Below are positions 20,301 through 29,649 of a stretch of DNA of 58,338 nt, piece after piece. Within the stretch, counting starts at the first letter, position 1, and each line of letters starts with the position of its first letter. This DNA comes from Lachnospiraceae bacterium. GTDB taxonomy: Bacteria; Bacillota; Clostridia; Lachnospirales; Lachnospiraceae. The notes beneath the pieces are model-generated. The model was not told the DNA's origin. It did not search any database and was given only the letters and a program-made list of their open reading frames with translations. The stretch lies in contig JAZNNL010000010.1 in assembly GCA_045580245.1 (NCBI GenBank), positions 1 through 58,338 of the forward strand, written 5' to 3'. The position numbers and the translations under genes were made by a program.

Positions 20301-21171
20301 CTTTATCCGCCTTGCTCCTTCCTCTAAAGATTTTACGCGTCTTCTTCTCTTCTTCCACGCCGCCCGGCAACGCCATCTCCAAACGTTCTTTCAACCTTTC
20401 CCCGTCCAGGTTTCTTTCAAGAGAACCCTTATAAGCCAGACTGATTTTACCGGTTTCTTCGGATACAATTACCGTTACCGCATCCGTTGCTTCCGAAATA
20501 CCCAGCCCTGCACGATGTCTTGTTCCCAGGTTTTTATCCAGATTCAAATTATCAGAAAGCGGCAAATAGCAGGTTGCTGACGCCACTCTGTTCCCACGTA
20601 CAATAACAGCACCGTCATGTAACGGTGTATTATGCTCAAATATATTAATCAAAAGCTGGCTGCTTACCAAAGCATCTACATCAATACCTGTTCTTTCAAA
20701 CTCTCCAAGGGGTTGCTTGCATTCAATTACAATCAAAGCTCCCGTTCTCACCTTGCCCATCTCTACGCAGGCTTTCACGATTTCATTGATTGTTTTTGCA
20801 CTAAACTCGCCTTCTTCCCTTTTATTGCCGGCAAAAGGCAGCACGTTACTGATAATTTCTTTATTTCCCAGTTCTTCCAGTGCCTTTCTCAATTCGGGCT
20901 GGAGAATAACAATGACCGCGGTAACCGCAAAACCCAGAATATTCTCTCCAAGCCAAAGAATCGTATTCATTCTAAAGTAAGCAGCAATCATCCAAAAGAC
21001 CAAAATGATAACCAGGCCCTTGAGTAAACTCCAGGCCCTGGTATTTTTAATCCAGATAAGGATATGGTAAATGAGATAAGCCACAATAAATATTTCTACC
21101 GCATTTGCTAAATCCATATCCGGTATGCGCCGTATCATATTGTCAGTTAGTTTCTGAAGCTGTTGCTGCAT
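20260..21171 (-). CDS. cdaA: Diadenylate cyclase CdaA
   Basis: Three TM segments, QPELR, GALIV, PLHDGAV, LGTRHRA, VSEETG. Confidence 0.95.
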   Translation of the reverse strand: MQQQLQKLTDNMIRRIPDMDLANAVEIFIVAYLIYHILIWIKNTRAWSLLKGLVIILVFWMIAAYFRMNTILWLGENILGFAVTAVIVILQPELRKALEELGNKEIISNVLPFAGNKREEGEFSAKTINEIVKACVEMGKVRTGALIVIECKQPLGEFERTGIDVDALVSSQLLINIFEHNTPLHDGAVIVRGNRVASATCYLPLSDNLNLDKNLGTRHRAGLGISEATDAVTVIVSEETGKISLAYKGSLERNLDGERLKERLEMALPGGVEEEKKTRKIFRGRSKADKVENNKKTGQKAAE

Positions 21172-21186
21172 ACCTACTGTCCTACC

Positions 21187-22278
21187 TTAAATTTCTTCTA
21201 AATCTTCAATATCCTCTTCCATATCGATATCCCGGTCCTCATATCCCCGGCTGTTTGTTGAAATCGTACGGGAAGGTGCCTGTCTGCCGGTAGTCTTTTG
21301 TGAGGTGGCACTTTTTACAACCTGACGTGCGCCGGATTGTCCGCCTCTGCCTACCGGGGCATTGATACGCTTCACATTCTTTTCCGGCGTTGCCACTGTC
21401 ATCTTAGGCACTGCCTTCACATAGTAATAATATTCATCATCTTCAAACTGCACTTTTTCCGTTCTGGTATAATCCACACAGAGAACGAAAAATTGCAGAA
21501 CAAGACATAAACCTACGGAAACCAATGTTCCCAGCACAACTCCAGCAATGGGTACATTGACATCAAACATCAAATCTCCCAGCAAAAGAATCACGATGTT
21601 AACAAATGCTCCGCCAATCATCGCCACATTCCAGGCATAATCAATGGGTAACTTGCGGATGATATATACCAAAACGACTACAAACGCAAAGGTCGCAACC
21701 ACAACCACCATCTCTTTATTGTCAAGAAGCCCGTCAATCACCAGTCGCAAACGCGCAACCATTTCCCCTTCTTCTATTGCACTGATGGAAGCGGCATTAA
21801 TGGAAATGAATTTGATAAAATAATATACCACAACGCCACACCCTACCGAAACCGCAGATGCAGGTGTGCCTATCAGACCCATTGCAAGAGGCGCAAAATA
21901 AGGGATCTTGAGTCCAAACAACAGCGGTGTCAGCATCACTACCAGTGCATCCTTGGGTGCAAAGCGGAAAAACAACAGCGCCATAACCAAAAACAGGCAA
22001 AAAGCCACCAGCGCCACCTCAAGGGATAACGTGTAACAATGCAGCATCACAAAAACCGCAGCAAAAAAGATAATGAATCCGGTGGGCAGGAAAGAACACA
22101 GCAAAGCAACCATAAGCACAATCGGTGTACTGTCAATACGTGCCATATATCCTAACTGTCCATTCACGGCAAGCAATGTAATCATTGCTACCAGGAACTT
22201 AACTACCGGCAAAATATACACTTCATACTTGCTGTAGAACTTTTTCATCATCTCTCTTATTTCCAGTAAATTTCTCAT
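21187..22278 (-). CDS. Hypothetical polytopic membrane protein
   Basis: About 9 TM segments and a C-terminal DYTRTEKVQFEDDEYYYYVKAVPK motif. Confidence 0.75.
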   Translation of the reverse strand: MRNLLEIREMMKKFYSKYEVYILPVVKFLVAMITLLAVNGQLGYMARIDSTPIVLMVALLCSFLPTGFIIFFAAVFVMLHCYTLSLEVALVAFCLFLVMALLFFRFAPKDALVVMLTPLLFGLKIPYFAPLAMGLIGTPASAVSVGCGVVVYYFIKFISINAASISAIEEGEMVARLRLVIDGLLDNKEMVVVVATFAFVVVLVYIIRKLPIDYAWNVAMIGGAFVNIVILLLGDLMFDVNVPIAGVVLGTLVSVGLCLVLQFFVLCVDYTRTEKVQFEDDEYYYYVKAVPKMTVATPEKNVKRINAPVGRGGQSGARQVVKSATSQKTTGRQAPSRTISTNSRGYEDRDIDMEEDIEDLEEI

Positions 22279-22293
22279 AACCAGACCTCTCTG

Positions 22294-22689
22294 TTAATGT
22301 TTCTTTTTCTCATATAAAGCAGACAGCTTTTTCAAGTTGCCGTAATAGTTTTTCAGGCTCTTTTTTGCCCGGCTGTAACGATACGTATATATCACATAAG
22401 TCAGCACTGCATAAACTGCCACTACTGCGAAATAGATCATTAACACATTTTTGGCGAATATAAACAAATCCATCTTGTAAATATCCATCATAAGCGTCTC
22501 GAAATCATATAAAATATAGAGTCCGAACCCGATTGCAAATGCAATGGTTGCGCACAGAATGGATTTGATTACCTGCACACCGATGTAATCGCTGCGGAAA
22601 TACTTACCGATGGCAGTATTCTTCTTTCCTTCGCCGGCTTCATAGGCAGCCAGCTTTGTCATTAAAATAATTCGTTCTTCGTTTAACAT
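22294..22689 (-). CDS. Hypothetical 2-TM membrane protein
   Basis: MLNEERIILMTKLAAYE...YFRSDYI followed by two TM helices; operon-like spacing. Confidence 0.7.
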   Translation of the reverse strand: MLNEERIILMTKLAAYEAGEGKKNTAIGKYFRSDYIGVQVIKSILCATIAFAIGFGLYILYDFETLMMDIYKMDLFIFAKNVLMIYFAVVAVYAVLTYVIYTYRYSRAKKSLKNYYGNLKKLSALYEKKKH

Positions 22690-22706
22690 CCTTAAACCTT
22701 TCAAAC

Positions 22707-23126
22707 CTACTTGTTCAGGTAACGCATTTTATCTCCGTCACGTTGTCTTGTATCCGGTTTCTCAACAGGCGCCTGCTGCTTCTGTAAAGAGCGGGACGCA
22801 TCTTTCAGTCCCATGGTCAGCCCTCTTCTGCACTGGTCACAGTATCTTCCGCAGGTAATGGGAGCACCGCATGCTTCACAATTCAGAACGATGGCAGATC
22901 CCTCTGCCAGTTCCAGACGCTCTTCACGCAACCACTGGTGAATCTGAGAAGTCGCCACTTCACATTCTTCGGAAACTTCTGTAATCGTTGCACCGGGATG
23001 TTCTCTGACATACGTCTTTACCTTCTGGAAATCAGCTTCCAATCCTTCTCTGCATGACGGGCACACAAAAGCCCCCATAACATAGTTAAACATTCTTCCG
23101 CATCTTCTGCAATTTCGAACATTCAT
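22707..23126 (-). CDS. Flagellar operon zinc-finger protein (YvyF-like)
   Basis: NCRRCGRMF..CPSC, FQKVKTYVREHPGATI..WLREERL and CEACG..CDQC; follows comF as in Bacillus. Confidence 0.85.
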   Translation of the reverse strand: MNVRNCRRCGRMFNYVMGAFVCPSCREGLEADFQKVKTYVREHPGATITEVSEECEVATSQIHQWLREERLELAEGSAIVLNCEACGAPITCGRYCDQCRRGLTMGLKDASRSLQKQQAPVEKPDTRQRDGDKMRYLNK

Positions 23127-23136
23127 AGGCAACCTC

Positions 23137-23877
23137 CTACTTTCCGGCACCAATCGCCAGTGCCACAAAATAAATTTTATCTGTCCCGGCTTGTAAAAGC
23201 ACCTCTGCCAAAGCATCCACGGTGCTGCCGGTGGTATAGATATCATCAATAATTATAATCGTACTTAATTTTACATCATTTTGCGCAATTTTGAAAGCCT
23301 TTTTCAAATTATTTTGCCTTTGTAACGCATTTAATTCTTTTTGCGGCACCGTATTCCGTTTTCTTACCACCCATTTGTCATAAACAGGGATATCAAAAGC
23401 CTTCCCCAAAACCCTTGCCAACAGCTCCGCCTGATTATATCCCCTGCGGTTTTTCCGTTTTTTATTTAACGGCACCGGTACCAGTCCGTCCGGTTGTATC
23501 CCGTGAATAAAATCCCGTAATTCTCTGGCCATCTTTTCCCCGAAATAGGTGGCATATTCCTGTCTGCCGCCATATTTAAACCGGTAAATGGATTTTGCCA
23601 CATCCCCATATCTGTATAAAGCCCTGCCCTGCCGATACAAATGTTTTCTGTTTAAGCAGTCGTGGCAATATTCCTGTTCCATAGCAGGCAACGGTCTCCC
23701 GCAGTGCAGGCAGAAAGGCGATTGTATCACCTTCCATTTCTCTTTACACTCCCTACAGACCAGTCCGTCTTTCATACTGACAACATTGTCACAAACAGGG
23801 CATCTGTTAGGAAACAACAGTGTCAGAAATTGTTTTTGCTTTCTTTTAATCATGCATACCTCTTTCCGCATGCACAA
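23137..23877 (-). CDS. comFC: ComF family protein (zinc finger + PRTase)
   Basis: CxxC pairs, VPVPL..RGYNQAELLA and IIIDDIYTTGST; start uncertain. Confidence 0.9.
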   Translation of the reverse strand: MCMRKEVCMIKRKQKQFLTLLFPNRCPVCDNVVSMKDGLVCRECKEKWKVIQSPFCLHCGRPLPAMEQEYCHDCLNRKHLYRQGRALYRYGDVAKSIYRFKYGGRQEYATYFGEKMARELRDFIHGIQPDGLVPVPLNKKRKNRRGYNQAELLARVLGKAFDIPVYDKWVVRKRNTVPQKELNALQRQNNLKKAFKIAQNDVKLSTIIIIDDIYTTGSTVDALAEVLLQAGTDKIYFVALAIGAGK

Positions 23878-23914
23878 CCTTCTCTTTTCCTGATTTTCCT
23901 CTCCCTATTATCCT

Positions 23915-26188
23915 TTAGTATCCAAAGCCGTTCTCTTCTCCTGCCAGCTCCAGTTCCCGGATTCTGGTTGCCAGAGCAGTATATCTGGCATTCACATCCG
24001 CATTGTTGACCATTTCCCCTATGGTCACCCGGCTTCCCAGTATGGTAACACAGGATTTTGCACGGGTTACACCCGTATAAAGCAGATTTCTGTTAAACAA
24101 CATTTTCGGTCCTGTTAAAAGCGGCATCACCACCGCTGCATACTCGCTTCCCTGTGCCTTGTGTATGGTAATGGCATATGCCAGTTCCAGCTCTTCCAGC
24201 TGCACAAAAGGATAGGTTACGCGCCTGTGTTCATCATATTCCACCACCATATTTCCTGCATACTCATTTATCTGCAAAATGCGGCCCATATCACCGTTAA
24301 AAATGCCCAATCCCTTGTCAATGGGGATGCCGTAACGGCTGACAATTTCCCACTCCAGTTCATAGTTATTCTTAATTTGCATAACCTTATCGCCTTCTCT
24401 GAATACCATTTCCCCTATGGCGTATTCCTTTTTATCGGGCGATGGCGGATTTACATACTGCTGCAGAATCCGGTTCAGGGTTTCTACCCCCAGATTGCCT
24501 TTTCTCATAGGCGTCAACACTTGTATTTCAAAAGCATCTGTACCTACGTATTTCGGCAGTTTTTCCGTAATCAACTGCACCATATGTTTATAAATCACAT
24601 TCACATTGTCTCTTTCCAAAAAGAAAAAGTCCCTGCTCTTATTGTCTAATAAGGGGGCTTCTCCCCCATTTATCCTGTGCGCATTGACCACAATACCGCT
24701 CTCTTGCGCCTGGCGGAATATTTTCTTCAATACAATCATGGGAAAAGCACCGCTAAGCATAATGTCACGCAATACCTGTCCCGGACCTACCGAAGGAAGC
24801 TGGTCCACATCTCCTACCAGAATCAATCTGGTTCCCGGTGAAACCGCCTTTAACAATGCCTGTAACAAATGAATATCTACCATCGACATTTCGTCTATGA
24901 TAATGACATCTGCTTCCAGCGGATTCTCTTCATTTTTTTCAAATCGGATATTCTTAGCACCATCTTCGCCCGGATAGCCCGTCAATTCTAACATACGATG
25001 AATGGTTCTGGCTTCATATCCCGTTGTTTCCGTCATACGTTTTGCCGCACGTCCGGTAGGCGCTGCCAGAAAAATATCCAAATGTTCCGCTTCAAAAAAG
25101 CGGATGATGGTATTAATGGTGGTGGTTTTACCGGTACCCGGTCCGCCGGACAATACAAAAACCCCATTCTTCACACATTCCAGGACTGCTTTTTCCTGTA
25201 ATGCATCCAGTTCCAGTTCTGTCTCCTGTGTAATGGTGCGAATTCTTTTCCGGATGCCTTCTTCCTGCGCCGGTAAAAGCTCCCCATCTCCCTCCATGGG
25301 AATATTCAATTGCAACAGCATCCGCGCACAGTTCAATTCTGCATAATAATAATTTGCGGCAAACACCTGTATCTCAGCCTCCGGCGAAGGCTTTTTTACC
25401 ACAAGCTTTCTGTCCATTGCCAGATTACTAATCTGTGGTTCAATATGTTGCTCTTCCACGCCTAACAATTCTGAAGCTTTCGCAAGCAGAATACTGCCCG
25501 GCAAATACATATGCCCCTCTTGTACCGCCTATAAAAGTACATACAGAATTCCGCTTCGGATACGATAATCCGAGTCTGTATGTATCCCGATACGTGTTGC
25601 AATCTCATCCGCAATCTTAAATCCCACCCCGTCAATGTCTTCCGCCATTTTGTAGGGATTTTCCTGCATAACGGTATAAAGCCGGTTTCCATAGGTGTTA
25701 TATATTTTAACTGCCAATGTGTTGGTAATACCAAATTGTTGCAAATACAGGAACGCTTCCCGCATATCCTTTTTTTCTTCCATCTGCGCAGAAATTTCTC
25801 TGGCTATCCTTTCACTGATTCCTTTAATTTCTGCAAGCCGTTCCGGCTCCTCCTCCATAATCCTAAACGTATCCGCCCCGAATTTTTTCACAATACGGGC
25901 CGCTAAAGCAGCACCGATACCCTTAATGGCACCGCTTGCCAGGTAACGTTCCATTCCGGCAGCATCCTCCGGCATAACCGTTTTAAAAGTCACTACCTTA
26001 AACTGTGCACCATAAACGGGATGCTCTATATAATCCCCTTCTGCCCGGATACTGTCTCCCTGACTGATTCCTTTCATCATACCAACCAGAATCGTTTCCC
26101 CGTCCTCCACCAACAGGGAAAGTACCGTGTAACCGTTATCTGCATTTTGAAATATAATATGATCTACAAATCCTTTGATTATTTCCAT
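23915..26188 (-). pseudogene. recD2: ATP-dependent RecD2 helicase interrupted by one in-frame TAG at 25529-25531
   Basis: The two ORFs share a frame (..ILYVLL*AVQEGHMYLP..). The N part has YLASGAIKGIG and ENPY; the C part has GGPGTGKT, APTGRAAKR, IIIDEMSM, AYAITIHKAQGSE and YTGVTRAK. Joined length 757 codons. Confidence 0.88.
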
Positions 26189-26234
26189 GTAATTACCTCA
26201 AGTTACCAACGAATCTCTCCGCCACCATAGTACA

Positions 26235-26261
26235 AAAAGACTGCCTCTTCAGCAGTCTTTT
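26235..26261 (-). terminator. Rho-independent terminator after flgJ
   Basis: AAAAGACTGC-ctcttca-GCAGTCTTTT with flanking A/T runs. Confidence 0.65.
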
Positions 26262-26332
26262 CCGTTGCCAGTATATATCTCTATCTGTGTTACGTCCTCA
26301 TACAGTAAACTACTGCATTTACAAAGATAATG

Positions 26333-26680
26333 TTACAGACCGTAATTTCTCTTCATCTGCTCATACAGCATCTGCGCCAGCCCTAAGCCTTCCTGTTCCG
26401 TGGCTTCACCGGCAATTTCCTGTACCATATTGTCTTTGTAATAGTCCATCAGATTGGATGTATAAGAGGATGTGGTGTCCGATTCCGGAATTGTCTTTAT
26501 CATCTCTTTAAACATCTGCTCAACAAAATAAGCCTCAAACTGTTTGCAGGCATCCATTAATTCTGCATCGGTTGCCTTGGAATAATCGTTTTTCAATTCC
26601 CCTTCCAGTTTGTTTGCACTTTGGGAAGCCTGTGCCTGATATAAATCTGTATAGGTACCGGTCAAACCGCTAATATCCAT
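26333..26680 (-). CDS. flgJ: Flagellar rod-binding protein (FlgJ N-terminal domain only)
   Basis: LMDACKQFEAYFVEQMFKEM..T and GLGLAQMLYEQM; follows flgG. Confidence 0.85.
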   Translation of the reverse strand: MDISGLTGTYTDLYQAQASQSANKLEGELKNDYSKATDAELMDACKQFEAYFVEQMFKEMIKTIPESDTTSSYTSNLMDYYKDNMVQEIAGEATEQEGLGLAQMLYEQMKRNYGL

Positions 26681-26771
26681 AATATTTCCTCCTGCATCCG
26701 CCACTGTGATTGCTGTTTTTACACCTTGTCACCGGGATCATCGGCGGATTCTCACCCTCTACAGTCTTTTA

Positions 26772-27590
26772 TTAACGACGAAGGTTGTTAGCCTGTTGTA
26801 ACATTTCGTCAGAAGCCGTAATTGCCTTAGAGTTCATTTCATATGCTCTTTGTGCCACAATCATGTTTACCATCTCATCCACTACCTGTACGTTGGAGCC
26901 TTCCAGATAGTTCTGCAATACGGAACTCTTTTCTACATTGTCACTGGTTGCCTCATTAATAGGCTCTCCACTGGCTGCGCTCTGCTGATAAAGGCTGCTG
27001 TCCTTTCTTTCCAGACCGCCGGGATTGGAAAACTGATACAATCCGATGGTAATACCCAGAGGCTGGGGATTGTTGTTTTCATCGGGATAACAGATGCTGC
27101 CGTCAGCAGTTACCGTAATCTGGTTGGTATCATAGGAGTCATCCAGAATAATCGGTGTGCCATCGGAAGACATAACAGGCAAACCTTCACTGTCCGCCAG
27201 CATATTTCCGCCACCGTTAGCCAGTGCCCAGCGGAAGTTACCGTTACGGGTATAATATGTATTACCGTCTTCACCACGGATTGCAAAAAAGCCCTTACCG
27301 CTGATAGCAAAAGAAGTATTACTATCATTAGCCAGCATACTACCGTTGGAAAACAAAGTATTAATGGATGCATTTCTTACACCCAGACCAACCTGTGCAC
27401 CGGAGGGCTTGGGGTCTCCGTTAGCGGTTGTTGTTCTTGTCTGTATATTCTGATAAAGCAAAGACTTAAATTCATTGACCTGTGCTTTATAACCTGTAGT
27501 ATTTACGTTTGCAAGATTGTTAGCAATGGTATCTACATTTGTCTGCTGGGCAATCATACCTGTTGCCGCTGTCCATAAACTACGTACCAT
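26772..27590 (-). CDS. flgG: Flagellar basal-body rod protein FlgG (FlhP-like)
   Basis: SLWTAATGM..IANNLANVNTTGYK, YTRNGNF, LEGSNVQVVDEMVNMIVAQRAYE. Confidence 0.9.
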   Translation of the reverse strand: MVRSLWTAATGMIAQQTNVDTIANNLANVNTTGYKAQVNEFKSLLYQNIQTRTTTANGDPKPSGAQVGLGVRNASINTLFSNGSMLANDSNTSFAISGKGFFAIRGEDGNTYYTRNGNFRWALANGGGNMLADSEGLPVMSSDGTPIILDDSYDTNQITVTADGSICYPDENNNPQPLGITIGLYQFSNPGGLERKDSSLYQQSAASGEPINEATSDNVEKSSVLQNYLEGSNVQVVDEMVNMIVAQRAYEMNSKAITASDEMLQQANNLRR

Positions 27591-27600
27591 ACCCTACCTC

Positions 27601-28377
27601 CTATAACTTACCTAACTGGTTTACTGCGATTTCCAGAGAAGAATCGTAAGTCTGTAACACCTTTTGGTTACTCTCATACTGTCTTGTAATGGTAATCATA
27701 TTTACCATTTCGGAAACCACCTGTACATTTGCCATTTCCAAAACGCCTGACTGCACCGATGCTGAAGACTGTATCAGCTGCGCGCCTTCTAAAGGCGTAA
27801 AATAAGTTTCGCCGTAACGTTCCAAGGAATTATAGTCCGCAAAATCCGCCACCTGGATTCTGGCAATCACATTGCCTTCCTGGCTGATGGTGCCATCCTG
27901 CATAATATCCGCACCCTTTAACGGATCCAGTTTAATACGGTTATTGTTTTCGTCTAACACAAAGTCGCCGTCTGTGGTAACCAAATACCCTTCTTCCGTC
28001 AGGGTAAAGTTACCCGCTCTGGTGTACATGGTAGAAGTTTCACCCATTTTATTGGTAAACTCTACGGCAAAAAAGCCTTCACCGCCCAGAGCCAAATCAA
28101 ATGTATTGTTTGTGATACGGAAGGAACCCTGGGTATAATCCGTGTAATTTTCTCCGATTTTAACACCGGGTCTGTTTACACCAATCGGTTCTACCCTTCC
28201 CGTACCAACGGATATATCTTTCAATTTTACTGCCAGAATCGTATCAAATGCCTGACTGGTGGAACCTTCTTTTTTAAAACCCACCGTAGAAGCATTAGCC
28301 AGATTGTTGGTCATAATGTCCATACGGTTCTGTTCATTTCTCATGCCGGTATGCGCCGTATACAATCCCTTTAACAT
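27601..28377 (-). CDS. flgF: Flagellar hook-basal body rod protein (FlgF/FlhO-like)
   Basis: GLYTAHTGM..NNLANASTVGFK, YTRAGNF, LEMANVQVVSEM. Confidence 0.8.
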   Translation of the reverse strand: MLKGLYTAHTGMRNEQNRMDIMTNNLANASTVGFKKEGSTSQAFDTILAVKLKDISVGTGRVEPIGVNRPGVKIGENYTDYTQGSFRITNNTFDLALGGEGFFAVEFTNKMGETSTMYTRAGNFTLTEEGYLVTTDGDFVLDENNNRIKLDPLKGADIMQDGTISQEGNVIARIQVADFADYNSLERYGETYFTPLEGAQLIQSSASVQSGVLEMANVQVVSEMVNMITITRQYESNQKVLQTYDSSLEIAVNQLGKL

Positions 28378-28410
28378 GGTTTTCCTCCCCGGCGAAATAC
28401 CGCCGTTTCT

Positions 28411-29403
28411 TTAGTCTGCTTTATAACCTGCCAGGAACTCCACATATTTGCCGGTACCGATTGCCACTGCAGTCATAGGATCCTCAGCTGTCATCGTGTT
28501 AATGCCGGTCTTTGCGGAAATCAAATCTTCCAAACCGCGCAACAAGCTTCCGCCACCGGTAAGAACAATACCCCTGTCAGCAATATCAGCCGCCAGTTCG
28601 GGGGGAGTCTTCTCCAATACACTATGAATGGTTTCCACAATCTGTGCTGTGGTTTCTCTGAGTGCTTCCTCGGTTTCTTCGGAAGAAACCGTAACTGTCT
28701 TGGGCAAACCTGTTACCAGGTTACGTCCTCTGACATCCATATAATCTACTTCGGGTCTCTTGTAAGCAGAGCCGATTTTAATCTTCAAATCTTCTGCAGT
28801 TCTCTCACCGATTAACAGGTTGTGCTTCTTACGCATATAACGTACGATTGCTTCATCGAAATCGTCACCTGCAATCTTGATGGAGGCACTGACTACAGTA
28901 CCGCCTAAGGAAATAACAGCTATATCGGAAGTACCGCCGCCGATATCTACAATCATGTTGCCACAGGGTTTGGATATATCAATACCTGCACCGATAGCTG
29001 CTGCGATAGGTTCCTCAATGATGGATACTTCTCTTGCTCCTGCCTGATAAGTAGCATCTTCTACTGCTTTCTTTTCTACTTCCGTTACGCCACTGGGTAC
29101 ACAAACCGCAATGCGGGGCTTTCTGAAGCTTCTTCTGCCCAGCGCTTTCTGGATAAAATATTTCATCATCTTTTCCGTAACGGTGTAGTCTGAAATTACA
29201 CCCTGACGCAAAGGTCTGACTGCAACGATGTTGCCGGGTGTTCTACCTAACATAAGACGTGCATCTTCACCGATTGCCTTAATCTTGTTGGTATCTCTAT
29301 CAAAAGCCACAACAGAAGGCTCCTTTAACACAACGCCTTTTCCTCTGATGTAAACTAAGATACTCGCTGTACCTAAATCAATTCCGATATCTGTATACTG
29401 CAT
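28411..29403 (-). CDS. mbl: MreB-like actin homologue (Mbl)
   Basis: IGIDLGTA, EPSVVA, RPLRQGVI, DIGGGT and LTGGG; synteny matches Bacillus mbl-flhO-flhP. Confidence 0.85.
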   Translation of the reverse strand: MQYTDIGIDLGTASILVYIRGKGVVLKEPSVVAFDRDTNKIKAIGEDARLMLGRTPGNIVAVRPLRQGVISDYTVTEKMMKYFIQKALGRRSFRKPRIAVCVPSGVTEVEKKAVEDATYQAGAREVSIIEEPIAAAIGAGIDISKPCGNMIVDIGGGTSDIAVISLGGTVVSASIKIAGDDFDEAIVRYMRKKHNLLIGERTAEDLKIKIGSAYKRPEVDYMDVRGRNLVTGLPKTVTVSSEETEEALRETTAQIVETIHSVLEKTPPELAADIADRGIVLTGGGSLLRGLEDLISAKTGINTMTAEDPMTAVAIGTGKYVEFLAGYKAD

Positions 29404-29564
29404 AAAACTTACCCCTTTCATGGTAGTGTTGGTTTACAATACTCTATTTTTCTACATACTTTTCTGTTTTGCCCCACAATATAACCGCCAGCAGGACATT
29501 CTTAAATATTATAACCCAAATTGCACCATTTTCATAGAGGTTTCATAAAATTTTAAAAAATAAA

Positions 29565-29605
29565 ATGCAGGAATAGGACGGATCCTTCCGTCCTGTTACC
29601 TGCAT
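29565..29605 (-). terminator. Terminator after uvrA
   Basis: ATGCAGG-AATAGGACGGA-tcct-TCCGTCCTGTT-ACCTGCAT, with a T-run on the minus strand. Confidence 0.65.
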
Positions 29606-29649
29606 CCTTGCTCTTGTAAAGAATTTATCGGCTGCTTTCTTTGATTCCT

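Noticed and set aside
25529-25531. Pyrrolysine or alternative-code readthrough of the recD2 TAG
   Set aside because: TAG terminates several conserved genes at their normal ends here, and no pyl genes are in the window.
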